Source of the DNA: Macrostomum lignano
Lineage: Eukaryota
Length of the DNA: 64,000 nt
Direction: 5' to 3'
NCBI GenBank assembly: GCA_002269645.1
Contig: NIVC01000130.1
Span: 558,001 to 622,000, forward strand
Shown here: in pieces, positions 47,431 through 60,349 of the stretch
Numbering within the stretch: the first letter of the stretch is position 1
Layout of the letters: each line of letters begins with the position of its first letter
Position numbers and translations under genes: made by a program
The notes under the pieces: model-generated
Seen by the model: only the letters and a program-made list of their open reading frames with translations
Told to the model about the DNA's origin: nothing
The model's database searches: none

Positions 47431-48499
47431 ATTCTTATGAGAGACCATAATTTTCTTCCACAATTATCTCAAAAAGTCAATTGTAAGAGTTCAGTCGTTG
47501 TTTAGATTCTGTTTTGTTAGTTTCCTAATTTTGTTTATTAAATAAACGCACCACTCCATAAGATTCGTCAATTTTGGCACCTATTTTTCATTGTCAATTT
47601 TTGTTATTTCACCTCATTTTTTCACCAATGATTTCAGCAGTTTAGTAAAGTAACTTCTCTAGTAATTCGATTTTCCATCTCCGTTCTCATTTTTTCTTTA
47701 AGAAAGGATAGCAGTTTTTGCATTTTTTGCTTCTATATTTGTTTTTTTAGCTACTACTAACCGCCAGTTGGCGAGTAGTATCGATCGATAGTAGATTCAG
47801 TTTTGCTCTAGTTTTTCTCTATTCAATCCCGCCCAACCAAGCTGTGATTGCGTGCCGTGTATTATTATTGTCCTTTGTTTCAATTTGAACACTTTTCTAG
47901 TAGCTATTGCTGTCTTTCTTTTACTCTTGTAGAATTTTCTCTTCTTCAGCTTATGCAAATATAAAATAGCAGTAATAAATGTCACTATCTATTGCTTTTT
48001 ACTTGCCTCCTTTGTGATCTTGTTTGTCAGCAATTCTTGTGTTGAAAAGTTAAAGAATGCTAATAAATAATTCATGATTGTATTGTTCGTCTCAGCGAAT
48101 CTCCATTCAATTTGGAGCTGATGTAGATAATATTTCCCCCTTTTTAAATCAGGTTAAAGTATATAAACATACTATCGATATTTGTTGTATTAAAAAAACA
48201 TTTTCATTAGTATTTATATTAGTATCTATACATATAGTTCTTATATAATTGTTGCTTTGTTAAATTAATGACGTTTAATATTGTATGCATTGATTTATAA
48301 TGACATTGTTATCAGTATACTTAAAATAAATATTAAAAAGTTTAACATGGATTTAAGATGAATTATCGCTTTTCTTGTTAATTTTTCTATACACTCAAAT
48401 TTTAGTGAGTTTTTAAATAATATTGAATTTTAGAATAGTTTAGATACGATCGGATAGTTTAGGAATCAGTTTATTGTTTAAGAATCTTAATTTAATGCT

Positions 48500-48757
48500 T
48501 AAAAATCTTAGTTTTACAGTTTAGGAGTCTTAGTTTTACAGTTTGGGAATCTTAGTTTTACAGTTTAGGAATCTTAGTTTTACAGTTTAGGAATCTTAGT
48601 TTTACAGTTTAGGAATCTTAGTTTTACAGTTTACGAATCTTAGTTTTACAGTTTAGGAGTCTTAGTTTTACAGTTTAGGAATCTTAGTTTTACAGTTTAG
48701 GAATCTTAGTTTTACAGTTTAGGAATCTTAGTTTTACAGTTTAGGAATCTTAGTTTT
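48500..48757. repeat. 22-bp minisatellite (AATCTTAGTTTTACAGTTTAGG)n
   Basis: Direct reading. Confidence 0.95.
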
Positions 48758-49165
48758 GGGTTTCTGAATCTGAGATAAAGCAGAATAGTTTCGATAATAC
48801 AATTAGTACTGCAATTCTATAGCAAACAGTGCACTGAAAAGAAAATAAACACAGAACTCGGAAGTCATTTTAGAAGTTGCTGACTTAATTGGCTATAATG
48901 GAATGTTTTGCACGCAGTCCTATAGATATAAGCTATCATATTTCCAGCCAAGGAAAGCTAGCAATAGGAACTTTCGTCTTGCTATGCAGCATCTCTAATA
49001 CAATAAATGAATCCAAATTTCTATGCATGACAGCAGATCTGCAGCAAGAAAAGGCTACGCTAAGTACTAGTAGTAGTATTAAGTAGGCTTAACGCGAACA
49101 ACGGCATGTGTATCTTTATCTGCTGACTTTGTTCGTGTAAGCCTGCATCCAGTTCCGGATCAATC

Positions 49166-52100
49166 ATGTTGTTGAAGTCTCACGGCGCCAGCTCCGGTCG
49201 CGTCAGTTGCATCAGTGTGATTGGAATGTCTGACAAATCGGTTAATACTACTTCTACTGTTAGTAGTAGTTGTAGTAGCGGCACGTTCGATTCGTCATTG
49301 TGTACAGATCGAGCATTCGAATTAGGCGTTGGCAAATCCTGTCTGTGCAACAGGTTTGTACGGCCGGCCCAGGATGAGTTCAGACTGAAGCACATCTCCA
49401 CAGTGCACGAGGCTGACTTTGCTGGGCAGGTGAGTGTTATTGTTCTTTACTAAAATCCCTGTCGGTCTGGCTGTCTTTCTGCGCCATATTGTATGACTGA
49501 CTTCGTTCTGCCCTCCGGCTGCTCGAGTTCGTAACTGCTGTCTAGTTTTACTTATTTTTGTCCTCTCTATTCTCTCTTCTCTCCTCTCCTCTCATCCCGT
49601 ATCCTCTCCTCTCATCTCCTCTCCTCTCCTCTCCTCTCCTCTCATCTCCTCTCTCCTCTCCTCTCCTCTCATCTCCTCTCTCCTCTCCTCTCATCTCCTC
49701 TCTCCTCTCCTCTCCTCTCATCTCCTCTCTCCTCTCCTCTCATCTCCTCTCTCCTCTCCTCTCCTCTCATCTCCTCTCTCCTCTCCTCTCCTCTCATTTC
49801 CTCTCTCCTCTCCTCTCATCCCCTCTCCTCTCCTCTCCTCTCCTCTCATCCCCTCTCCTCTCCTCTCCTCTCATCCCTCTTCTCTCTCCTCTCCTCTCCT
49901 CTCCTCTCATCCCCTCTTCTCTCCTATCCTCTCATCTCTCCTTTCTCCTGTCTTCTCATCCCCTCTCCTCTCCTCTCATCCCCTCTTCTCTCCTCTCTTC
50001 TCTCCCCCCTCTCTCCTGTCCTCTCATCCCCTCTCCTCTCCTCTCCTCTCATCCCTCTTCTCTCTCCTCTCCTCTCTAATCCCCTCTTCTCTCATCCCCT
50101 CTTCTCTCATTCTCTCTTATCTCATCCTCTCTTCTCTCATCGTCATCCCTCTTCTCTCTTGACTCCCCTCCTCTCTACACACTGTAATAATCATTTATGC
50201 TATAACCAGGTCACAGCTTAATCTACTAGTAAAAATGAAGCCTCAGCATCCTCATCTCCATCTATTTCCCTCCCCCACACCAAGGTGCTGCGCAACAGCC
50301 ACTGGCTCTACTGGGGCTGCGTCGAGCGCCGGCCGGGCCACCTCTGTCATGTTGTTGAACAAACCGAATTCGTCAACGACAAAGACCTGCGACCTTTTCC
50401 CATCCATTCGCCGTACTTTATGCGCTGCACAGCGACTAAGCTGCACGCCTCTCAGAAATTGGCCTGGGTCTGCTCGGATCAGTTGGGATTTGAAAATGAT
50501 TATCCCAAACAGCGCGCTCCAGATGGATCCTTGCTGATTGAAGGATTCCTAGTCTGCGTTGATTTGTCAAGGACTTTGGATAGCCAGATTCAGTTCTTGC
50601 AGGTGCGTGTTGGACTACTTATGATAGTAACAGTGCTAGTAGTATGACGGTAAAGATTTCTGAAAAAAGGGTGGGAATTATGACAATTCTAGGTTCAGGA
50701 TTCACGAAAGGCATAAAATGGTTGGAGATTTTCCAGGGAGATTGATTTAGGATTCCCCTGGGTGATTGGTTAGGGTAGGAATTCCTCAGGGCGACGGGTT
50801 AGGGATTCTCCAGGGCAATGGATAGGGGATTCCCCAAGGGAATGGATTGGGGATTCCCCAGGGCAATGGATTGGGGATTCCCCAGGGCAATGGATAGGGG
50901 ATTCCCCAGGGCAATAAATAGGGGATTCCCCAGGGCAATGGATAGGGGATTTCCCAGGGCAATGGATTGGGGATTCCCCAGAACAATGGATTGGGGATTC
51001 CCCAGGGCAATGGGTTGGGGATTCCTCAGGGCAATGGGTAGGGGATTCCCCAGAACAATAGATTGGGGATTCCCCAGGGCAATGGGTTGGGGATTCCCCA
51101 GAACAATGGATTGGGGATTCCTCAGGGCAATGGATAGGGGATTCCCCAAGGGAATGGATTGGGGATTCCCCAGGGCAATGGATTGGGGATTCCCCAGGGC
51201 AATGGATTGGGGATTTCCCAGGGCAATGGATAGGGGATTCCCCAGGGCAATGGATTGAGGATTCCCCAGGGCAATGGATAGGGGATTTCCCAGGGCAATG
51301 GATTGGGGATTTCCCAGGGCAATAGATTGGGGATTCCCCAGGGCAATGGATTGAGGATTCCCCAGGGCAATGGATAGGGGATTTCCCAGGGCAATGGATT
51401 GGGGATTCCCCAGAACAATGGATTGGGGATTCCTCAGGGCAATGGATTGGGGATTCCCCAGGGCAATGGATTGGGGATTCCTCGGTGCAATGGGTTGGGG
51501 ATTCCCCAGAACAATGGATTGGGGATTCCTCAGGGCAATGGATTGGGGATTCCTCAAGGCAATGGATTGGGGATTCCTCAGGGCAATGGATTGGGGATTC
51601 CCCAGGGCAATGGATTGGGGATTCCTCAGGGCAATGGGTTTGGGATTCCCCAGAACAATGGTTTGGGGATTCCTCAGGGCAATGGATTGGGGATTCCTCA
51701 GGGCAATTAATTGGGGATTCCCCAAGGCGATTAGTTGGGGATTCTTTAGGAGGATGGATTTCAGCTTCCCTGGGCAATGCGTTAGGAATTCCCTAGAGAG
51801 ATAAAGATTAGAGATTCCCTGGAGGGATGAATTGAGGATTTCCATTGCAATGGGTTAAGAAATTCGATGAACAAATTTGAGATTTTCAATGTCATGCAAT
51901 GCGAACCTAATTTAATCGATCACAAAAAACAAACAAATAGGAAGTGGCTCCATTGCTGCAGAAAACGAAGCGTCCTGCTCTACTAGTAGCTACGAAAGTT
52001 GACTGCCTGCTTGATGTAACTCGACAACAGCAGCAACAAAAATTTGGTGATTGCGTCACCGCCGCCTTAACAGCTGGGTACGTGCAGAGGCTTGAACTAC

Positions 52101-53547
52101 TGCGCAAAGAGTGTCGCCGATTTCGATGCTTCATCAGCGGCGCAGGCGGTGGTGGCGGCGGCGGAGGTGGCAGCGGAGGCGGCGGCAGTGGTGGTAGCAG
52201 CGGAGGTCCGCTGATTGTGGAGACTTCAGCGACACTGAATATCAATGTTAACGAAGCTTTCCAGTGAGTCATGATGGAAATCTTGAAATTGATTTTAAAT
52301 TAGGGCTGAAACTTATGCTGCTTGCTGGGTGATAGACGGATAGAGTCGGATAGATGGGGATAGACAGTCGGATAGATGGGGGATAGACAGTCGGATAGAT
52401 GGGGGATAGACAGTCGGATAGATGGGGGATAGACAGACGGATAGATAGGGGTTAGACAGTCGGATAGATGGGGGACAGACAGTCGGATAAATGGGGATAG
52501 ACAGACTGATATATGGGGATAGACAGACGGATAAATGGGGACAGACAGACGGATAAATGGGGACAGACAGACGGATATATGGGGATAGACAGTCGGATAA
52601 ATGGGGAAAGACAGACGGATATATGGGGATAGACAGACGGATAAATGGGGATAAACAGTCGGATAAATGGGGATAGACAGACGGATAAATGGGGATAGAC
52701 AGACGGATATATGGGGATAGACAGTCGGATAAATGGGGATAGACAGACGGATAGATGGGGATAGACAGACGGATAAATGGGGATAGACAGTCGGATATAT
52801 GGGGATAGACAGACTGATAGATGAAGATAGACAGTCGGATAGATGGGGGATAGACAGTCGGATAAATGGGGATAGACAGACGGATATATGGGGATAGACA
52901 GACGGATAAATGGGAAATAGACAGTCGGATATATGGGGATAGACAGACTGATAGATGAAGATAGACAGTCGGATAGATGGGGGATAGACAGTCGGATAGA
53001 TGGGGATAGACAGTCGGATAGATGGGGATAGACAGTCGAATAAATGGGGAAAGACAGTCGGATAGATGGGGATAGACAGTCGGATAGATGTGGATAGACA
53101 GTCGGATAGATAGGGGTTAGACAGTCGGATAGATGGGAGACAGACGGGCAGACGTACCTGTATAAGAGACATGTCGTTATGCACGCGCCCAGCCTTTCAC
53201 CCCCTCTCCCTCCCAGATACCTGTTATCCATAATCGAGCGTGACAAGGCTCGGCCAGCCAGGCCAGCTCAGTTCACGGACGCCCTGGCCGCCAGACGAGC
53301 CCTATGCGACAGCGCCACCAGGGCTTACCATCAGCTGCTGCTGCGAACTGTTAAACGGAACTCGCTGTTTCAATCGTTTCACACCTGGCAGGCCAGTCAT
53401 TCCAGCTGCCCGGAGTTCCTGCAGCTCATTGAACTGCAGGTACTGACTGGCTGTCTGTCTGCAGACTGTCTGTCTGCTGTCTGTCTGTCTGTCTGTCTGT
53501 CTCTGTCTGTCTGTCTGTCTGTCTGCCTGTCTGTCTGTCTATCTGCC

Positions 53548-53592
<45 letters not shown>

Positions 53593-56500
53593 TTGGCTAT
53601 CTAACCACCCCCTCCAACACCCCAGGGCTCGCCCCGCGCCCGAGAAGAATTCGATCGGCATTTGTGCGGGCCCCGCCGCGACGCCCTGGCGGAGAGACGC
53701 CAAGCTATCAGTCGGAGTCTTCGCCGTTTCTTCGAACGCGCGGTGCCCGACTGCGCAACGGCGGAGCGCCTGGCGAATCTGGGCTGGCCAACGGCTGTTG
53801 AATCAATTCTAGCCGGCAGCTCGGCGGATCATTACACGGCCGGCCTGCTAGTGGACACCGGCCAGCTGGCCTGGCACCAGTGCGTGGCCTACCTGAACTC
53901 GCCAGACGATGCCCGAATACCGCTAGACTACCTCGCTGACGAGATCAACGCCAGGCCGCTGTTCGAAGCTCACGCCGATCGATTGAAAGCTGAGCAAAGA
54001 TCCGCTGATCAGCGAGTCAACCTGTTGAACGCGATGAAGTCTGCTCCGGCTGTTCGATGGGGCACTCCGCTAGACGAGGTGGCTAAAAACGGTCTGGTGC
54101 CCAACTGGGACGAGCTGACTGCAGAGCTGGGGCCGGCGGATGTGGCCAAGGCCTATGCGGAATTGCAGGTCTGCTTATTTCATTGTTTATCTGGAAAATG
54201 TCAGTATGATTCATAAAAATCACCCCAATGTCACTCTGATTCATAAAAATCACCCCAATGTCACTCTGATTTATAAAAATCACCCCAATGTCACTCTGAT
54301 TCAAAAAAATCACCCCAATGTCACTCTGATTCATAAAATTCCCCCAATGTCACTCTGATCCATAAAAATCCCCCAATGTCACTCTGAACCATAAAAATCC
54401 CCCAATGTCACTCTGAACCATAAAAATCACCCAATGTCACTCTGATCCATAAAAATCACCCAATGTCACTCTGATCCATAAAAATCCCCCAATTTCACAC
54501 CCATCCATAAAAATCACCCAATGTCACTCTGGTCGATAAAAATACCCCAATTTCACACCGATCCATAAAAATCACCCAATGTCACTCTGGTCGATAAAAA
54601 TCCCCCAATTTCACACCGATCCATAAAAATCACCCAATGTCACTCTGGTCGATAAAAATACCCCAATTTCACACCGATCCACAAAAATCACCCAATGTCA
54701 CTCTGATCCATAAACATTTAGCTATTCCTGAATCGTTCCCGCCCCAGTTTCAAGCTTCTGATAGTCCTCCTAATCATTACCTGCCTCTCCCCATCAATGT
54801 CACTCCAGGCCTCTCTCCAACGCCGCGCCCTGTCCGACCTGAACGAGGCCATGATGGAGCTGGCGGGGCATTTCTACAGGCCACACACTGGCCGAGACTC
54901 CCTAGCTAATCAAGCTGATCAAGCTTGGCAAGCTTTGGCTAACCGCTGCGGGACTCGAACTGCGGACCTATTAGCGCAGAGAGACAGGTTAAACGACGCT
55001 CTACTCAGGCATTTGCAGTTTGTTAGGGGCGGCGGCTCAGCTTCCCCGTGGCTGGCTGTTTCTACGGGCCGGCTTGTGTCGATCGGCTGGTGCCCGACGC
55101 TTTAAATAATTGCGTCACAGCCAGTGGCGCTGATTCTTCTTCAGCTGGCGAAGCCGAATCGCCTCTGCTTCTGCTCGGTCCTGATCAGCTTGCTCAGCGA
55201 TTTAAATTGGCCTGTCGCTCGCTATGCCAGACTCAGGATGCTTATCGATTCGAGGATGTGCTCTATCGGTTGGCGTTCAGGTCGCCTCGGTTCAGCGCCA
55301 GCAATTTGACAGCCGCCCTGTCGGCCAGGTGTCGGCATGATTATATTGGCTGCGTGCTGCTGTACGACTGCGAGACAGCTCTGGCCTGTCTGCAGGGCTT
55401 GGCTGTTAGTGCACCACTGTTGCTTGAGGCGCAGCAGATGCTTACAGGTGAGCATGTTAGCTGTTAACACCCGATTGCCTCTCAGATTCTTTAATGTTCG
55501 CCGCCAACATTTAAATACCTCAAAGATTTTTATCTCAAATATGTTAGCCGCCAATAACTAATAACCTCTTAGATTATTTGATGTTAGCCGCCAATAACTA
55601 ATTACCTCTCAGATTTTCTGATGTTAGCCGCCAGCACTTAACTACCTCTCAGATTCTTTGTTGTTAGCCGCCAATAACTAATTTACCTCTCAGATTCTTT
55701 GACGTTAGCCGCCAATAACTAATTACCTCTCAGATTCTTTGATGTTAGCCGCCAATAACTAATTACCTCTCGAATTCTTTTATGTTAGCCGCCAACACTT
55801 AAATACAATACCTCAAAGATTCTTTGATGTTAGCCGACAATAACTAATTACCTCAGATTCTTTGATGTTAGCCGCCATACCTAATTACTTCTGGGATCTT
55901 TTAATGTAGCTGCCAACACCCTTTGATGTAGCCGCCAATACTTTTTGGTCTAGCCGTTAAGTTTAACCGGCCTTATCTCTTCCCTCGCCCCCAGTGCGCA
56001 CCAGTGCGGACTGCCTAAGCGCCCAGGACCACCCAGTGGAAAGCGAGTACGAATGCCTCGTTCCCTCCGCCTCGGCTTCTCCGGCCGCCTCATCAACCTC
56101 AGCATCGGCGTCGAATACGTCAAACTCGACAGACGAATCGACTGGATCATCCGGCTTATTGCTGTCGAATTCAAATTCTACGCCTGCGACGGCATCGGCA
56201 GTGGATCATCGACCAGCTGGCGTTGCTGTCAAGTCTCGGGCTGCCGGTGGCGAGTTTCGAATAGTTCTAGCATTCGCGCCAGCTCAGGCTTTACTGGTAG
56301 CAGCCTCGGAGGGTGCCGCCAATGCTAGCGCCACAATTGCCGAACTGAAATCTGCCGGCCTGCGTTTGGCCAGCCGGTTGAATGCCCGATTCTTGCTTGT
56401 TGACGAACCCGACGGCGGGGCCGTGTTCTCGTCTGCGGGCTCAGCAATGGCGGAGCTGGCTAAGCAGTCGCTTGAGCACCTGCTGCCTGCTAGCTTTTAT

Positions 56501-59500
56501 AGGCGGACACCGGATATGCTCTATATGCATAGGTGAGGCTCTGAGTTTTGTCCTGCGTGTCTTTTGCTTGTGTGTCTGTGCTGTCCGTGTCTGTGCTGTC
56601 TGTGTCTGTGCTGTCTGTGTCTGTCCTGTTTGTGTCTGTGCTGTCTGTGTCTGTGCTGTTTGTGTCTGTGCTGTCTGTGTCTGTCCTGTCTGTCTTTTGC
56701 TTGTGTGTCTGTGCTGTCTGTCTTTTGCTTGTGTGTCTGTGCTGTCTGTCTTTTGCTTGTGTGTCTGTGCTGTCTGTCTTTTGCTTGTGTGTCTGTGCTG
56801 TCTGTCTTTTGCTTGTGTGTCTGTGCTGTCCGTGTCTGTGCTGTCTGTGTCTGTCAGCTGTTTGTGTCTGTCCTGTCTGTGTCTGTGCTGTCTGTGCCTG
56901 TGCTGTCTGTGTCTGTCCTGTCTGTGTCTGTGCTGTCTGTGTCTGTGCTGTCTGTCTGTGTCTGTTCTGTCTGTGCTGTCTGTGTCTGTGCTGTCTGTGT
57001 CTGTTCTGTCTGTGCTGTCTGTGTCTGTGTCTGTCCTGTCTCTGTCTGTCCTGTCTGTGTCTGTGCTTTCTGTGTCTGTGCTGTCTGTGTCTGTCCTGTC
57101 TGTGTCTGTGCTGTCTGTGCCTGTGCTGTCTGTGTCTGTCCTGTCTGTGTCTGTGCTGTCTGTGTCTGTGCTGTCTGTGTCTGTGCTGTCTGTCTGTGTC
57201 TGTTCTGTCTGTGCTGTCTGTGTCTGTGCTGTCTGTGTCTGTTCTGTCTGTGCTGTCTGTGTCTGTGTCTGTCCTGTCTCTGTCTGTCCTGTCTGTGTCT
57301 GTGCTTTCTGTGTCTGTGCTGTCTGTGTCTGTCCTGTCTGTGTCTGTGCTGTCTGTGCCTGTGCTGTCTGTGTCTGTCCTGTCTGTGTCTGTGCTGTCTG
57401 TGTCTGTGCTGTCTGTGTCTGTGCTGTCTGTCTGTGTCTGTTCTGTCTGTGCTGTCTGTGTCTGTGCTGTCTGTGTCTGTTCTGTCTGTGCTGTCTGTGT
57501 CTGTGTCTGTCCTGTCTCTGTCTGTCCTGTCTGTGTCTGTGCTTTCTGTGTCTGTGCTGTCTGTGTCTGTCCTGTCTGTGTCTGTGCTGTCTGTGCCTGT
57601 GCTGTCTGTGTCTGTCCTGTCTGTGTCTGTGCTGTCTGTGTCTGTGCTGTCTGTGTCTGTGCTGTCTGTCTGTGTCTGTTCTGTCTGTGCTGTCTGTGTC
57701 TGTGCTGTCTGTGTCTGTTCTGTCTGTGCTGTCTGTGTCTGTGTCTGTCCTGTCTCTGTCTGTCCTGTCTGTGTCTGTGCTTTCTGTGTCTGTGCTGTCT
57801 GTGTCTGTCCTGTCTGTGTCTGTCCTGTCTGTGTCTGTCCTGTCTGTGTCTGTCCTGTCTGTGTCTGTCCTGTCTGGTCTGTGTCTGTCCTGTCTGTCCT
57901 GTCCTGTCTGTGTCTGTCCTGTCTGGTCTGTGTCTGTCCTGTCTGTGTCTGTCCTGTCTGGTCTGTGTCTGTCCTGTCTGTCCTGTCCTGTCTGTGTCTG
58001 TCCTGTCTGTGTCTTTCCTGTTTGTGTCTGTCCTGTCTGTGTCTGTCCTGTCTGTCCTGTTTCTGTCTGTGTCCGTCCTGTCTGTGTCTGTCCTGTCCCT
58101 CTTGTTTGTTGTTTGTCTTGTCCTGTGCAATCTGTCCATTGTGTACTGAGCACCTGTTCCGTCTAAGCGCATTAGTCCGCCCTAATACTCGTCCTGCATT
58201 GACGGCTGTCATGTCTGTCAATCTGGCTACAAAATGTCAATTATAAATCTGTGTAATAATATTGTTTAACATTTTTCTCAGAGACAACTGCGAGCTCAGC
58301 CTAATCTGCGTGCTCACCTGCGGCGATAATCTGCCCAGAGACCGCCTTAGCCAATTAGTGGCCGCCCTGTCAGCCGGTCGGTCGAGCGCCTGCGCCTACC
58401 GCGGCCGCAGCCTGATAGTTGAGCTGTGCTCACACCGCCTGTTAATCCGGCTGGCATCGTTTCATACCGCCTGGCAACTGTGCGACTCGCACGCATTTCA
58501 CGGCGCACTGGTTGCTTACGCCACTGATCGGGCCGCTTCTGTTGCCTGCGCCAAGACTCTGGTGGGTAATATTGCTCACCGAATGCCCGTGACCTTGGTT
58601 GCTATGCAACAGCCGGCGAAAGAGTCCGCTGTTTCAATAGAAGAAGAGCAGGTGTTTAGCGCCGGTATCCGAACTGTTCACTTAGACTCGGCCCTAGCAA
58701 CTAACAATTCCTGGTTCGCCGAGTTTGCTAACGAATGCCTGGCAGCTAAGGAATTAACCGAGCGCAAATTTCAAAGTCGATTTCCTTTGTTCGCCGTGGC
58801 CCATCCCAGCTCGGATAGGGATCGGGACTCGTTCGTGTCGCCGCCTTCCGCCGGCACCAGTTATTACGACTGTCAAGATGATGGAGAGGATGCTGATACA
58901 GATAATTCGGTCTATTCTAGCGCCGGGTCTATAAGGGATGAAGTTACTACTGCTGCTACTACTACTACTGCCAGTAATAATTGCAGTAGCACCCCAATTT
59001 ATTCTTGTCCAGCGCCTACTACTACTACTACTACTACTAGACAACAGGCTGCTTTGTCGTCGTTTCGACCGCCATTGGCTTCGCAGGAAATCTGCGAAGT
59101 CTACGCAGATCCTCCGGATGCTGAGCAGTTTCTGCATCATCATCAGCAGCAGCAGCAGCAGCCACGGACCAGCTCACCGTCCGCTAGTTGCTATAGCGAT
59201 GATTCCACTTACGCTTACACTTGCAACGCTTTGCCGCCGGGCATTTATCGCTTAGTGAATAGTCGATCAGACTACTGTCAGTACTATAATCAGCAGGATT
59301 CTGCTAGACAGCCGCCTCCTCCGCCGCCTCCAGCATCGATGAAGTCTTTGTTTACATTTAACCCGTCAGCTTCAATACACAGCAGTTTAGCTAAGCTAGC
59401 CAAGCTTGGCGCTAGCGGCGGCAATTGCAATAATAATAATAGTAGTAATAGTAATAATAATAACAGTAGTACCAACGGTCAGCAGCTGCACAAGACTTAC

Positions 59501-60226
59501 TTAGCTGTGCCGGCGCCGCCTTTGACACTTGCCGATCTGCCAGTGTGCACCGATCAGCGCCTTGTGCCGCCCCGGGACAGTCCGGTGCCTCAGCTAGTGG
59601 TCACCTGTATAGATTTTGTCGAACGCGAAGGCGGATTGAAAGTTGATGGAGTTTATCGATTGTGCGGCAACTCTGCCGAGACTTCGGCTGTGATGGACCT
59701 GTTGCTAAGGGAACCGGACTGTAAGCTGGCCGCTCTCAAGCCTAAGCCGTCTGTTTGCACAGTGACCAGCGCGTTAAAACAACTACTGATGAAGCTGGAG
59801 CCTTCGCTAATTCCCGGCCAATTGCTCAGCGGCCTACTCAAAGTCAGTAGCACGCCTAGGCACTATCCAAACTTTCAACCGAATGTGACTTATTATTTTG
59901 TTAATAATCTCAGCCAGCCGGCTCTGGCCTGTCTGAGGTACATTGTAAACCATCTGCATCGGGTTAGTTGCTATGCGGCCGAGAATCGAATGAATTCCAC
60001 TAACTTGGCAGTGTGCTGGATTCAGACCCTCATGCCGCCTAGCGATCCCAGAATTGGACTGGCCTGTCAGGACCAGCTGCAGAGCCTCATTGAGACGCTA
60101 ATCCGATATCCCAATCTGTTGAATCCTATTGCGTCATCGGCTGCTCCGACTAGCGGCAGCTCAGAATCGATGATGGAGGACAGTTCGACGCTGGTTCCGC
60201 CTCCACTGCCGTCGCGAAGAGTTTAA
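49166..60226 (+). CDS. ARHGAP35: p190 RhoGAP (ARHGAP35/ARHGAP5 family): N-terminal GTPase, FF region, middle domain, C-terminal RhoGAP; one apparent frameshift
   Basis: Exons 49166-49429 ([14 protein letters not shown]), 50285-50602 (HWLYWG, VEQTEF), 51941-52263 (TKVD, VETSA), 53217-53439, 53626-54168, 54809-55447 (frame change at 55044-55047), 55995-56532 and 58282-60226 ([25 protein letters not shown]). All junctions are phase-consistent. Confidence 0.9.
49555..50175. repeat. (CTCCT)n-type pyrimidine microsatellite, p190 intron 1
   Basis: Direct reading. Confidence 0.95.
50775..51790. repeat. 24-bp minisatellite (GGGCAATGGATTGGGGATTCCCCA)n, p190 intron 2
   Basis: Direct reading; source of the 8-aa repeat ORFs. 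Confidence 0.95.
52325..53150. repeat. 22-23-bp minisatellite (GACAGTCGGATAGATGGGGATA)n, p190 intron 3
   Basis: Direct reading. Confidence 0.95.
53441..53592. repeat. (CTGT)n microsatellite, p190 intron 4
   Basis: Direct reading. Confidence 0.95.
54208..54712. repeat. 29-30-bp minisatellite, p190 intron 5
   Basis: CATAAAAATCACCCCAATGTCACTCTGATT units. Confidence 0.93.
55455..55940. repeat. ~40-bp minisatellite, p190 intron 6
   Basis: GATGTTAGCCGCCAATAACTAATTACCTCTCAGATTCTTT units. Confidence 0.9.
56545..58130. repeat. CTGTGT/CTGTC compound satellite with 238-bp higher-order block, p190 intron 7
   Basis: The same block starts at 56943, 57181, 57419 and 57657. Confidence 0.93.
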
Positions 60227-60349
60227 TTATCTATCATTGTGATGGATTTCTAATGACAAAATCGATGGCAATAATGCCATTCTGTGTGCGCCTCTGATAT
60301 TTAAGTCGTCATTCGCTACTTTTCCGTTGTATATTAATGTACTCGTACT

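Noticed and set aside
50770-53246. [16 protein letters not shown] and PIYPTVY repeat ORFs
   Set aside because: Stop-free translations of intronic 22-24-bp arrays of p190.
56382-58246. Six 450-590-aa Cys-rich or Gln/Thr-rich ORFs
   Set aside because: Compound microsatellite lacking stop codons in all frames; lies inside a phase-consistent intron.
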